DNA of 64,000 nt from Myxococcales bacterium. Its GTDB lineage: Bacteria; Myxococcota_A; Polyangia; Polyangiales; DASUME01. Positions 48,988 through 59,480 of this stretch are shown here, piece by piece. The stretch covers positions 4,736,001 through 4,800,000 of the forward strand of contig JASGJH010000001.1 of the NCBI GenBank assembly GCA_047601445.1. The letters run 5' to 3'. Each line of letters begins with the position of its first letter. The stretch's first letter is position 1. The notes under the pieces are model-generated. The model saw only the letters and a program-made list of their open reading frames with translations. It made no database searches and was not told where the DNA came from. Both the position numbers and the translations under genes were made by a program.

Positions 48988-50286
48988 TCAAGGGCTGCAC
49001 AGCAGTGCGGCCGAACGCAGTCCCTTTGGCGTGGTGTACACGAGCTCGAACTCGCCTGCGCGCTCGCCAGGCGCCACGCTCGGTGAACTGGCGGAGGCAT
49101 CGTCGAGTCCCAAGGCGAGCGGCTCGCCCGCGCCGGCCGCATCGACCACGCTAACGACGACCTTGCGGGGCGAATCCTTGCCGTCCACGCGGAAGGCCTC
49201 CACGGCGAACACACTGACGCCCGACTGCTGCGCGGCGCCGAGCGCGAGCTCCCCATAGCCGTACGAGGGTACCAGCGCGACGGGCGCCTCGGCGGCACGC
49301 AGCGGCACCAAGCCGATCGCCGTGGCGGCGGCGCGACCGATGGCCGTGTAGGCGACCACGGTGCGATCTTTGGAGAGCTGCATGGCCGCGAGTGCAGGGG
49401 GCGCGTAGGGCTGACTCACGGGCGTACGCACCACCGCGGGCGCGAGCTTGCCCGTGCCGTCGAAGGGCAGCTCCAGCAGCGGGGAGACCCCCGCATGGGC
49501 ATCGACCACCACCAGCGCCGGCGGCTGGGCGCCTACGATGAAGGTCGGCGCGCTCGCGCCATGTCCCTCGGGGGTCACGTCTTCGACCGTGGAGCGCTCT
49601 CCCTCGACGCGCGCCAGGTGCACGTGCATGGCCTCGCCGACACTGCGCGTGAACGCCAGGAGCAGCTGCTGGTGGTTGCGCGCAAGGGCCGGGGTGAAAC
49701 GTCGATCGATGCCCTCGGCGAGCCGGCGGGGCGCCGAGAACTGCTGCTCCACGACTGACAGCCAGAGCTGAGCCCGCTCGTCGACCCAGGCCACGTAGAC
49801 CTGTTTGCCCGCGCTCAGCAGCGCTGCACGGCGAGCCGGCGACGACAGCTCGAGCTCGGCGCTGGGACGAAGCTCCTGGCCTGGCTGGGCGCGCCACAGC
49901 TCGAGCTTGGGCTCCGCGTCGGAGATCACCAGCAGGGCCCCGCGCTCGCGCACCCCGCGCGCGGCGCCGGCTCGCAACACGCGTTGCTCCGCCATCACGC
50001 AAGCGCGCGGCTTGCGCGTCACCTGCACCGCCCGCGGGGTCGACGGCGCGGCCTTCGAAGCATCCGAACCAGCATCGGCGCTCGGCCCTCGCAGGTCACT
50101 CGGCGTCCCTTCCTGCGCGGGCTCGGGCGCGGGCTCCTTGGCGCCCTCACGCGCTGCCGGCAGCGCCGCGTTGGTGGCTCGCGAAGGTTCGGGTTCGGCA
50201 GCGCGCTCGCCGCAAGCGCCGAGCCAGGTGGCCGCGCTCAAGCCGGTGATACAAGCAAAGACGAGGGCACGTCGCACGCGCGGCAT
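48988..50286 (-). CDS. Hypothetical lipoprotein
   Basis: LGAC lipobox, Pro/Ala linker, beta-rich repeats. Confidence 0.65.
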   Translation of the reverse strand: MPRVRRALVFACITGLSAATWLGACGERAAEPEPSRATNAALPAAREGAKEPAPEPAQEGTPSDLRGPSADAGSDASKAAPSTPRAVQVTRKPRACVMAEQRVLRAGAARGVRERGALLVISDAEPKLELWRAQPGQELRPSAELELSSPARRAALLSAGKQVYVAWVDERAQLWLSVVEQQFSAPRRLAEGIDRRFTPALARNHQQLLLAFTRSVGEAMHVHLARVEGERSTVEDVTPEGHGASAPTFIVGAQPPALVVVDAHAGVSPLLELPFDGTGKLAPAVVRTPVSQPYAPPALAAMQLSKDRTVVAYTAIGRAAATAIGLVPLRAAEAPVALVPSYGYGELALGAAQQSGVSVFAVEAFRVDGKDSPRKVVVSVVDAAGAGEPLALGLDDASASSPSVAPGERAGEFELVYTTPKGLRSAALLCSP

Positions 50287-50321
50287 GGTACTGCCATCGG
50301 CCCGCAGAGCCCAGCGCGAAC

Positions 50322-51818
50322 TCAGGCGCTCACTTGCCCGAGCAAGCGTTCCTCGTCCATGGCACAAGGTAGATCGACCTGGAACGTGCTGCCGGTGCGG
50401 CGGCTGTGCACGAGCCGTAGGTTGCCACCATGGGCCTCCGCGATGCCGTGGCTGATCGACAGCCCGAGCCCCGTACCGCCCGTGGAGCTCTTGGTGGTGA
50501 AGAAGGGATCGAAGATCTGGGCCGCCACTTCAGGCGCCACGCCATCGCCGTTGTCGTCCACCGCCACCGTGAGCCAGGGGCGACCGTCGCGCGTCTCCGT
50601 GTTCACCACGATCTGGATCGACTTCTCCTCGGTGCGCGTGGGGCAGCGCGCCGCGAGCGCGTCCCGCGCGTTGTTGATCAGGTTGAGCAGCACCTGCTGG
50701 AGCTGATACGGGCGACAACGCAGCACGGGCAGCTCCTTGGCCACGCTGACGCTCAGCAGGATGCCCTCCTGGCGCACCGCGTTCTGCGTCAGCGCAAGCG
50801 TGGCGCGCACGATCTCACCGAGGTCGGCCAGCTGCGACTCGGCCTCGTCCGCACGCCCGAAGCGCAACAGCCCGCGCGCGATGCGTGCCACGCGCTCGCC
50901 CTCGGCATCGAGCTTGTCGAGATACTCGCGCGCTCCTGGGTCCTCTTTGAGCGAGAGCCGAAGCAGACTGGAGTAGTTGAGAATGCCCTGGATGGGGTTG
51001 TTGATCTCGTGGGCCATGGCAGCCACCAGGCTGCCCAGACCGTCGAGCCGCTGCTTCTGCACCAACGTGGGCGAGAGCAGGAGCTTGCGACGCTGGTCCT
51101 CCAACACCTGCACGGTTTCCTTGAGCTCGAACAGCGCGCGCTGAAAGCGGCGGGTCAGAAAGCGGAAGCTGCCCAGCACCAGCCCCAGGAACCCGAAGTG
51201 CGAAAAGAGCAGGCCGTCGCGCAAATCGAGCAGGGTCGCCAGGTCGAGCAGGCTGCACAGCACGAAGGCCAGGCAGCCGCACACGATGGGCAAGAGGTCC
51301 TCGCGCTCGCGATACGAGCGCACCGCGTGCACCATGAACAGCGAGAGGGCGAGCATGGCGAACGCCATGGGTCCGGCACCGAGTGGCGTGATGCCCAGGG
51401 GCGTGTGCACGGAGCCCGCTGCGTGGGCGACCTCGCGCTCGAACACCAGACCGGGCCAGAACAGTAAGTCGCTCACTGCCAGGGCACCGAACACGGCGAC
51501 GACCCCGAGGTGCAATTGCTGGAAAGCGTGCAGAACGCGCGGAGCGCTCACCACCCCAAGACACAACTGACCAAACAAGTAGGTAAGACAAGGGACGAGC
51601 ATGCAGATCGCTTGTCCCCAGGGCGCAGCGCTCGGTCCATCTTCGCTTCCCATGTAGCGATAGGCGAGACCGCAGTAGAGCGCCTCCGAGATGGAGAGAG
51701 AAAACAGCCTCAAATACTGGCGATTTCTCGTCTGTACGGCCAGCGCTGCAGCCTGCAACGCGAGCGCGATGCAGGTGCCGGCAGAGAGTAAGAGGCTGGC
51801 AAAGTACAGCTCGCGCAT
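50322..51818 (-). CDS. Sensor histidine kinase with multi-TM sensor domain
   Basis: About 7 hydrophobic helices; MAHEINNP, QVLLNLINNA, DNGDG, FDPFFTTK, GTGLGL. Confidence 0.93.
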   Translation of the reverse strand: MRELYFASLLLSAGTCIALALQAAALAVQTRNRQYLRLFSLSISEALYCGLAYRYMGSEDGPSAAPWGQAICMLVPCLTYLFGQLCLGVVSAPRVLHAFQQLHLGVVAVFGALAVSDLLFWPGLVFEREVAHAAGSVHTPLGITPLGAGPMAFAMLALSLFMVHAVRSYREREDLLPIVCGCLAFVLCSLLDLATLLDLRDGLLFSHFGFLGLVLGSFRFLTRRFQRALFELKETVQVLEDQRRKLLLSPTLVQKQRLDGLGSLVAAMAHEINNPIQGILNYSSLLRLSLKEDPGAREYLDKLDAEGERVARIARGLLRFGRADEAESQLADLGEIVRATLALTQNAVRQEGILLSVSVAKELPVLRCRPYQLQQVLLNLINNARDALAARCPTRTEEKSIQIVVNTETRDGRPWLTVAVDDNGDGVAPEVAAQIFDPFFTTKSSTGGTGLGLSISHGIAEAHGGNLRLVHSRRTGSTFQVDLPCAMDEERLLGQVSA

Positions 51819-51975
51819 ACTCTGAGTGCCCCATCCTTATCACGGGATAGCACCGGCATGGCCAGACTGTTCGCGATCGAAGCCTGCGATTGCGCGATCT
51901 TACGCGAGATTTCCCATCGGCCGCCCAGCCAAGGTGCGCTATCGGAGCCGTCGCGCCGGGAGTTTCGAACAGCGT

Positions 51976-53373
51976 TTAGATGACACTGGGCTCACCGACC
52001 AGGTCGATGTTGCGCCAACGTCCCGACGCGAAGCGCAGGCTGAACGCCACCGAGAGCGCGCCCAAGTACACGACCATGGCGGCGATCACCGCGTGCACGC
52101 CGCCGCCGTACACGATCACCGCGGCCCAGCCGAGCGGGGTGAACACGAACCACGCGAGCATGATGCGCACCACCATGCACCAAGTGGTGTCCCCCGCACC
52201 GCGCAGGGCTTCGCCGAGCGTGAGGCCCAGGGCGTCGAAGAGCTGCCACACCGCGGAGAGCATGAGCATGGTGGCGCCGATGGCGGCGAGCTCGCCGGAA
52301 TCCGCGCCGCGCGGCACGAACAAGCCCATGAGCTGCTTGGAGAACAACAGATAGATCAAACCGATGGAGCCCATGAAACCGCAGGTGAGCTTGGCTGTGA
52401 GCTTCACGATCGGCGGGACCTCGTCGTGGGCGCGACGTCCGATGGCTTCGCCCACCAGGATGGCCCCCGCGGAAGACAGGCCGAAGGCGGGCATGAAGGA
52501 GATGGAGTTGATCTGAATCACCACGTTGAAGGCCGCCAGCACGGTGGTGCCGAGGTGGCCGACCACCAGGTTGATGAACAGCACGAAGGCCGAGAACTCG
52601 AGGAACCAATTGACCCCGTTCGGCACGCCGAAGCGCAACATGCGCAGGAACTCCGCACGACGAAAGGTGAAGGGCTCCTTCTTCGCAGCCTTGCGGCGGT
52701 CCCGCCAGAAGCGCAGGAGCAGCACGCAGAAGGCGCTCCAGGTGGCAAACGAGCTTACCCAGGCTGCACCCACGACACCGTAACCTGGCAAACCGAAGTG
52801 AGGCTGGATCAGGAGGTAGGCGCCGGCCACGTTGGTCACCATGGCGAACAGGCCGGCGAACATCGCGGGGCGAGTCTCGCCCAAACCTCCATACCAGTTG
52901 CCGAGCGCCTCCATGCCCACCGCGGGGGCAACCGAAGTGAGGCGGATCATCAGGTACTGACTCATTAACGAGTGCACCTGGGGCGTGTAGCCGAAGGACC
53001 GCAGCAAGCTCGGGATGAACGGTGTACACAGCAGCGCGAACAGGCCCGCCGCGGCAGCCAGCATGAGGCCGTAGTACGCGTAGCGGTCGACCGCAGCGAG
53101 ATCACCCCGACCTCGGAGCTGGGCCGCGAAGCTCTGCACGATGAACGCGGTGCCCATGGGCAAGATGATGAAAGCCATGGTGTTGAGCGCGCTGGTGGTG
53201 ACCGCGGCGAGCGCGTCCTCTCCGAGCGGGGCCACCAAGAAGGCGTCGGAGAAGCCGATCACCGACTGCGTCGCGCGCGCGATGACCACGGGCCAGGCCA
53301 GGGTGAGCAAGGTACGCAGCGGGGAGCTCTTGGGCGATGCTTGTTCGATGGCAGACGGTGATTCAGCAAACAT
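51976..53373 (-). CDS. MATE family efflux transporter
   Basis: LAWPVV, LGEDALAA, GLGETRPAM, ALRGAGDT; 12-TM pattern. Confidence 0.92.
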   Translation of the reverse strand: MFAESPSAIEQASPKSSPLRTLLTLAWPVVIARATQSVIGFSDAFLVAPLGEDALAAVTTSALNTMAFIILPMGTAFIVQSFAAQLRGRGDLAAVDRYAYYGLMLAAAAGLFALLCTPFIPSLLRSFGYTPQVHSLMSQYLMIRLTSVAPAVGMEALGNWYGGLGETRPAMFAGLFAMVTNVAGAYLLIQPHFGLPGYGVVGAAWVSSFATWSAFCVLLLRFWRDRRKAAKKEPFTFRRAEFLRMLRFGVPNGVNWFLEFSAFVLFINLVVGHLGTTVLAAFNVVIQINSISFMPAFGLSSAGAILVGEAIGRRAHDEVPPIVKLTAKLTCGFMGSIGLIYLLFSKQLMGLFVPRGADSGELAAIGATMLMLSAVWQLFDALGLTLGEALRGAGDTTWCMVVRIMLAWFVFTPLGWAAVIVYGGGVHAVIAAMVVYLGALSVAFSLRFASGRWRNIDLVGEPSVI

Positions 53374-53641
53374 AAAGCAGCCCGCAATGTAGCGGCGTGC
53401 GCGCGCCGGTCGAGTTTTGGTGAGGCACCGCGCTGATGGCACGGCATCGCGACGAGCCTCTCGGATGCGTTCGACATGCACGCGAGTGCGCTTCGCGATC
53501 GCGACGCAGCCTCGCTTGCGCCCTTCCATATGGGTCGCGACCACGCCTGGATTCGTCACGTAAATCGCGGTTTTTCTGGGACCGTCGTGTCGGCCCTGTT
53601 TCATTTGCTCCGGCCGTTAAAGATCCGTTGCCGATCACAAT

Positions 53642-54940
53642 GTGTTTCGTGCGATCGTTCGGCTCGTGCATCCGCACGCGCACAAACCGCAGCTCGCGAA
53701 CGCCAAAACGCTGGGGCAACCCTGGCACGGTCCAGCAACCGCTTTGGCCAACGTCGTGGCGTTTCTGCAGCCCGTGGTTTCGGTGCGGCAGCAAGAAGTG
53801 CGGCTCGTGGAAGCGCTGGCGCGCGGCGTCGACCCGGACGGGCGCACGCGTTCGCCCGCCGAACTCTTCGCCGAAGCCGCACGGGGTGACTACTCACGGG
53901 AGCTCGAGCGTACGTGCCGCAAGGCCGCCTTCGCCGCCTACCGGAGTTTGCCCATCGCACAGCGCCCCATCCTCTCGCTCAACACCGACACCGCGCTCAT
54001 TCTCGAGGGCGAGCGCGGAGCGGAGCGGGTGGCGAGCGAGGCGACCGAAGCGGGCGTGGATCCGGCCAGCGTGGCCCTCGAGATCCTCGAGTATGCCCAG
54101 CCCGATTCGATGCAGCTCGAGGCATTCTGCAAGCGCGCACGTCAGCTCGGCTTCTTGCTCGCGCTCGACGACGTGGGCACCGGCCATTCGAACCTCGAGC
54201 GCATCCCGCGCCTCGAGCCAGACATCCTGAAGATCGACCGCGTGCTCGTGCACGGCATGAGCGAGAGCTACCACCGGCGCGAGGTCTTCCGCTCGCTGCT
54301 CGCGCTCTCGTTCCAGATCGGCGCACTGGCCATCGCCGAGGGCGTGGAAGACGAACAAGACGTGCTCGCCGCGCTGTCGTTGGGCTGCGACTACTTCCAG
54401 GGTTACTACTTCGGCAGGCCGCGCGACGTGCGCGGTGCGAGCGCCCAAGCCATGGCGGACCGCAGCACGCTGCAGCAGGTGGGCGAGGAGTTCCGCACCG
54501 GAGCCCAACGCAGGGTGGGCGAGCGTCGCGCGCAGCAACGGCGCTGCGAGAAGGCCATTCGAGAGCTCTCGAGCACGCTGCGCGGCGTGGACCCCGAGTC
54601 CTCCTTCGAGTCCGCGCTGCACCAGGCACTCGACGCGCTGCCATTCGTGGAAGCGCTCTACGTACTCGACGCGCGCGGCGTGCAAATCACCGACACCGTG
54701 CAGCGTGCCACCGGCCACCCGCGCGGCCTGTTCGCGCCCGCTCCGCGCGGCACCGATCAGTCGCTCAAGCAGTACTACTTGATGCTCGAGGCAGGCCTCG
54801 ATCGCTACACCTCGGATCCGTACATCTCGAGCGCCTCGGGCAACTTCTGCATCACCATGAGCCGCTATTTCCGCGACGCGCTGGGGCAGAGCTACGTGCT
54901 CTGCTGTGATCTGATGGTCTCGCGCGAATCCGGTCGCTGA
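53642..54940 (+). CDS. EAL-domain c-di-GMP phosphodiesterase with C-terminal EAL-associated domain (start uncertain)
   Basis: LQPVV, EALAR, LEILE, LDDVGTGHS, KIDR, AEGVE, QGYYF; C-terminal SDPYISSASG. Confidence 0.88.
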   Translation: MFRAIVRLVHPHAHKPQLANAKTLGQPWHGPATALANVVAFLQPVVSVRQQEVRLVEALARGVDPDGRTRSPAELFAEAARGDYSRELERTCRKAAFAAYRSLPIAQRPILSLNTDTALILEGERGAERVASEATEAGVDPASVALEILEYAQPDSMQLEAFCKRARQLGFLLALDDVGTGHSNLERIPRLEPDILKIDRVLVHGMSESYHRREVFRSLLALSFQIGALAIAEGVEDEQDVLAALSLGCDYFQGYYFGRPRDVRGASAQAMADRSTLQQVGEEFRTGAQRRVGERRAQQRRCEKAIRELSSTLRGVDPESSFESALHQALDALPFVEALYVLDARGVQITDTVQRATGHPRGLFAPAPRGTDQSLKQYYLMLEAGLDRYTSDPYISSASGNFCITMSRYFRDALGQSYVLCCDLMVSRESGR

Positions 54941-55120
54941 CGAGCGCCTCGCACGTTCGCACTGCTCTCCGGCGCTCGCCATCGCACGGAGCCCGCACCG
55001 TCGCGCCCCCGATTGGCCGCTGAACTCCACGCGCAACGCCGAGCGCGAGTGCTTGGCGCGCCTCTAGCACGGTCTCCTGGGAACGAAGCGCCCCTGCCGG
55101 GGGCCCTGCCGGGAGGAACC

Positions 55121-56551
55121 ATGAAGCAGCTCTCACGGACCGCGCGAGCGGCCACCCTAATGTGCTCTCTGACGGGCGCGCTGGCGCTCGTTGCGCCGGC
55201 GAGCCAGGCGCAGCCCACGAGCGCCGCACCAGCCTACACGGAAGCCGCCCAGATCGCGGAGGACGCTTATATCTACGGGTATCCGCTGGTGCTGATGGAT
55301 CTCACGCGGAAGCAGACGCTCGCGAACGCCAACCTGAAGCCCAACCAATTCTCTCACTCGAATCGCCTCGCCACATCCGCCGACCGCACCGTGGTGCGAC
55401 CCAACGTGGACACCCTCTACTCGACGGCCTGGCTCGATCTCTCCAAGGGCGCGGTGGTGCTGCAGGTGCCCGCCACCCAGCGCTACTACGTGATGCAGAT
55501 GCTCGACGCCTACACCAACGTGTTCGCGGCGCCGGGAGCGCGCACCACGGGCACGGGAGCGAATCAATTCCTGATCGCTGGTCCCAACTTCAAGGGACCC
55601 GTCCCCGACAGAATGACGCGCATCGACGCGCCCACCGATATGGTCTGGTTGCTCGGTCGACTGCAGGTCAATGGGCCGCACGACGTGCCGGCCGCCACCG
55701 AGGTCCAACTTCAGTTCAGCCTGCGTGATGCCAACCAGCCGGTGCCGTTTCCGCAGCGCAGTAGCGGGGAGGCGCTCGGAGGTGGCAACGCCAAGGGGCA
55801 GACCCCGCCCGAGCTGGTCGCCCGCATGGACACGCAGACCTATTTCGATCGCCTGGCCGCGCTGCTGAAGGCCAACCCTCCGCCGCAGGCCGATGCCCCT
55901 GCCCTCGCGCACTTCGCGACGATTGGGCTGAAGCCGGGGCAGACCTTCAGTCCGAGCGCCGAACAGCGCACCGCCGTAACGGCCGCCTTACCCCGCGCGC
56001 GCAAGCGCCTGGTGGAGTCTGCGACCCGCATCGCCGAGCCAGTCAACGGCTGGCAGGTGGTGCGCAGCGAGATCGGCACCTATGGCACCAACTACGATCG
56101 ACGCGCCGCGGTCGCCGTATACGGCCTGGGCGCGAACCTCCCGGAGGATGCGGTCTACCCCGGCACGCATGTGGACGGGCAGAACCAGACGCTCACCGGA
56201 AAGCGGCGTTACACCGTGCGCTTCAACACGGGCAAGCAGCCCCCCGCCAAGGCCTTCTGGTCCCTGACCCTGTACGACAAGGACGGCTACCTGGTGCAGA
56301 ACTCGATCAATCGCTACGCGTTGGGCGATCGGGACAAGCTGCTGGTCAACCCCGATGGCTCGGTAGACATCTTGATTCAGCACGAGCCCACGAGCGCCGA
56401 GCGCACCTCCAACTGGCTGCCAGCTCCAGACGGGGAGTTCAGCCTGCTCATGCGCATCTACAGCCCCAAGCCCGAGGTGCTCAACGGACAGTGGATGCCA
56501 CCGCCGGTGCGCCCCGCGGAGATCCCGCTGCGGCCCGCTGCAGCGCGCTGA
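55121..56551 (+). CDS. DUF1254/DUF1214 family exported protein
   Basis: Signal peptide; AYIYGYPLV, PNVDTLYSTAWLDL, FWSLTLY, NWLPAP; GGAGG RBS. Confidence 0.9.
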   Translation: MKQLSRTARAATLMCSLTGALALVAPASQAQPTSAAPAYTEAAQIAEDAYIYGYPLVLMDLTRKQTLANANLKPNQFSHSNRLATSADRTVVRPNVDTLYSTAWLDLSKGAVVLQVPATQRYYVMQMLDAYTNVFAAPGARTTGTGANQFLIAGPNFKGPVPDRMTRIDAPTDMVWLLGRLQVNGPHDVPAATEVQLQFSLRDANQPVPFPQRSSGEALGGGNAKGQTPPELVARMDTQTYFDRLAALLKANPPPQADAPALAHFATIGLKPGQTFSPSAEQRTAVTAALPRARKRLVESATRIAEPVNGWQVVRSEIGTYGTNYDRRAAVAVYGLGANLPEDAVYPGTHVDGQNQTLTGKRRYTVRFNTGKQPPAKAFWSLTLYDKDGYLVQNSINRYALGDRDKLLVNPDGSVDILIQHEPTSAERTSNWLPAPDGEFSLLMRIYSPKPEVLNGQWMPPPVRPAEIPLRPAAAR

Positions 56552-56591
56552 TCGGGTTGTTGAAGCGGGAGCGGGGTGATACTGCGGGCGC

Positions 56592-57053
56592 ATGAACAAG
56601 CCGGATGCCCAGGCAATCCAAGATTTTCTGTTCAATCTGACGAAGAAAGCCGACGGCACGCCCCGTTTCCTGGTCGAAGAGCTGAGCGCTGATTACGCCC
56701 GCGTGCGCATGCCCGCCCGCAGCAGCCATCTGCGCCCCGGCGACACGGTGAGTGGTCCCGTGCAAATGACACTCGCCGACACCGCGAGCTGGGCCCAGAT
56801 CCTCCACAACCTGGGCTTCGACGCCGCGCCCTCGGTGACCAGCAACCTCAACATCAGCTTCCTGAGTCGCCCGATGGCGGGCGATCTGATCGCCGAAGCG
56901 CGCCTGCTCAAGTTGGGTCGACGCCTGGCGGTCTCCGAGGTGCGGCTGTTCAGCGAAGGGCGCGACAAGCCGGTGGCGCATGCGACGGTGACCTACGCAG
57001 TGCAACTGGCTTCCGAGCTGGCCAAGCAAAAAGCGGAGCCCAAGGCGCCGTGA
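56592..57053 (+). CDS. PaaI family thioesterase (hotdog fold)
   Basis: HLRPGDTVSGP..LAD, VTSNLNISFL, KLGRRL, AHATVTY. Confidence 0.88.
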   Translation: MNKPDAQAIQDFLFNLTKKADGTPRFLVEELSADYARVRMPARSSHLRPGDTVSGPVQMTLADTASWAQILHNLGFDAAPSVTSNLNISFLSRPMAGDLIAEARLLKLGRRLAVSEVRLFSEGRDKPVAHATVTYAVQLASELAKQKAEPKAP

Positions 57054-57751
57054 CCTGCGACAAGCCCACCATCGTCTTGTTCGACATCGACGGTACGCTC
57101 TTGCTCACGGGCGGCGCCGGCAGGCGCGCCTTCGAGCGCTCGTTTCGCAGCGTGATCGGGCGCGCCGAATCGCTGGCCGGCTTCTCCTTTGGGGGCATGA
57201 CCGACCGCGCCATCGCGCGCATGGGCCTCGAAACCGCTGGCCTCAGCGCCGACGATGAGCGCATCGAGGCACTGCTCGACGCCTACGTGATGGCGCTCGA
57301 AGACGAACTCGCGCAACGCCCCAACTACCGCATCATGCCTCACGCGCGCGAGGTCGTGAGCGCAGCGCGCGAACACCCGCACGTGGCGGTCGGACTCGGC
57401 ACGGGCAACCTCAAGCGTGGCGCCGAGGCCAAGCTCCGCCACGGCGGGCTCTGGGAGCTGTTCGACTTCGGCGGCTTCGGCTGCGACCACGAGAACCGCA
57501 CCGAGCTCCTACGCACCGGCGCGCTGCGCGGCGCCGAGAAGCTAGGTCAGCCGCTGTCGCACTGTCGCATCGTGGTGGTCGGAGACACGGTGCGCGACGT
57601 GGTCGCGGCGCACGGCATCCTGGCCGATTGCGTGGGCGTCGAGACCGGCGGCATCTCGGCCCAGGAACTGCGTGCCGCGGGTGCGCACGCCGTGTTCCCG
57701 GACCTCTCGGCCGCGGGCGTACTCGAGGCTATTTTGCAGGGTGGTTTTTGA
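57050..57751 (+). CDS. HAD family hydrolase
   Basis: LFDIDGTLL, GMTD, GTGN, K, VVGDT..D; GTGA overlap with the upstream stop. Confidence 0.9.
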   Translation: MTCDKPTIVLFDIDGTLLLTGGAGRRAFERSFRSVIGRAESLAGFSFGGMTDRAIARMGLETAGLSADDERIEALLDAYVMALEDELAQRPNYRIMPHAREVVSAAREHPHVAVGLGTGNLKRGAEAKLRHGGLWELFDFGGFGCDHENRTELLRTGALRGAEKLGQPLSHCRIVVVGDTVRDVVAAHGILADCVGVETGGISAQELRAAGAHAVFPDLSAAGVLEAILQGGF

Positions 57752-59150
57752 CCCAGTCCACGATGGCGCGCGCCTTCGGATTCTGACTGAGCGCACCGCC
57801 CGTCTTCTCCTTGGCGCCCCAGGCACCGCTCGAGGACCAGCTGCCACTGTTCGCGTAGTGGGTGGTCATGGCGTAGAGCTTGGCGGACGCGTCGAGCCAT
57901 TCCTTGTACAGGTCGTAGGCCACTTGGTTGCGCGAGAAGGCGTCGGCGCCCTGCAACAGGTGTTGCCCGCCTTCGTAGCTGATCAGCTTCATGCTGGTCT
58001 TCGAGATCAGGTTCTTCTGAGACGTGGCCCAGGTGACCATGTCCGTGAGCGCCTTGCGGAACTGGGCGGCCACGTCCGCGGCGTTGCCGTTCACGCTGCC
58101 GTCGGCGCCCACATAGTTGGAGATCGCGTAATAGTCCGGCGTGCGCGAGCCGAAGTTCACGTTCGGATCCGCCAGCGCCTCCAGCTGCATCTGGGTGCCG
58201 TAATCGCTGCCGAGCTGGCCCGAGACGACCCAGCGCACGCGCGCGATCTCGCTGCCGTAGACCTTCACGAAGGCGTCGTACATGCGCGACGAGGCGTAGA
58301 CGTGGAACTTGAAGGATGCGCCGTAGCTGTCGTCGGCGAGCATCATCTGGGTGCCGCGGTTCTGACAATAGGTGGACTGTCCGAAGCCGGGGTTCCAGGT
58401 CTCGTTCGAGTACTCCACGTACAGCGTGAGGCCGGGATCGAGCTTCTCCTTGGCCAACTTGGCGAGCGAGGTGAAGAAGTTGTCGTCGGCGTTGGCCTCG
58501 TAGCTCTCGATGGCGAGGTGGGGCACCGTGATCCAGCAGTCCTTCTGCATGCGATTGCAGAGATCGAACATCCACTCGTAGGCGATGCCGCGCCCGCCCA
58601 CGTCGCCGCCGTTGCTGTTGCCGGTGGCCGACTGCTGCGTACGATCGGCCCAATTACGGATGGAGGAGTTGTTGGTGCCGCCGAAGTCCATGAAGCGGTA
58701 CACGGAGTAGTCCGCCTCCTCGAGGTCGCTCAAGAACGCCGGGTTCCACGGGTTCATGCTGGTGGCGAAGTTCACGCCCGAAGACCAGGCCTCCTCGGCC
58801 CAGCCGGCGCTCAGGAACCAGAAGTTGGTCCCCACGCGCATGCCGCTCCAGCTCTGCGCGGGCTTCGTGCCGGTGACTGGCGTGGAAGGTGTGCTCGGAC
58901 TGCCCGGGTTTGCCGGCTGGTCCGGCGCTCCGGAGTCGGCGCTCGCGCCGGGGGGCAGCTCTTCGTGATCCGCTCCCGCATCGCCCGCGAGGGGGCCGTC
59001 GGCATCGCCGCCAGACAGGTCGTCACCGGAGTCGGGCGTCTCTTCGATCTGGTTCAGGTGTTGATCGATCGGCGAGCCATCACTGCCGCAAGCACCGAGC
59101 AGAAGGATCGCAAAGAAAGGCATGAGACGGGCAGAGCTGAGGGCTCGCAT
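57729..59150 (-). CDS. Lipoprotein with putative glycoside-hydrolase TIM-barrel domain
   Basis: LGAC lipobox, DAG/Pro linker; RFMDF, WITVPH, YVEYSNETWN, YEGGQHL; CAGGAG RBS. Confidence 0.7.
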   Translation of the reverse strand: MRALSSARLMPFFAILLLGACGSDGSPIDQHLNQIEETPDSGDDLSGGDADGPLAGDAGADHEELPPGASADSGAPDQPANPGSPSTPSTPVTGTKPAQSWSGMRVGTNFWFLSAGWAEEAWSSGVNFATSMNPWNPAFLSDLEEADYSVYRFMDFGGTNNSSIRNWADRTQQSATGNSNGGDVGGRGIAYEWMFDLCNRMQKDCWITVPHLAIESYEANADDNFFTSLAKLAKEKLDPGLTLYVEYSNETWNPGFGQSTYCQNRGTQMMLADDSYGASFKFHVYASSRMYDAFVKVYGSEIARVRWVVSGQLGSDYGTQMQLEALADPNVNFGSRTPDYYAISNYVGADGSVNGNAADVAAQFRKALTDMVTWATSQKNLISKTSMKLISYEGGQHLLQGADAFSRNQVAYDLYKEWLDASAKLYAMTTHYANSGSWSSSGAWGAKEKTGGALSQNPKARAIVDWVKNHPAK

Positions 59151-59480
59151 TCCGTGGACTCCTGGTTTCTGGAAAAGGGAAATCGCGGCGTCTGGGGCCG
59201 ACCTGCGGCACCGCGTCCGCCACAACGCGAGCTCCGTTCCTAGCAACCACGACTCGCGCGCTGCTCGTCGAAAGCCGTGTCGACGGGCAATTGAACGCAG
59301 CCTGGTCAGCTGCGCTCCTCGCTATCGGCTACGCACGTGACGCGATCGCGGGCGCGCAGAACGCCAGCACACGCTCGCTCTGTGGCAGCTCGAACCGGTG
59401 TCGAGGGGCCGCGCACATGTCTTGAATTCAGGCCAAAACCGTCGCAAGTTCAGCGCATGGTTCGCAGGCCGCGGCACACC

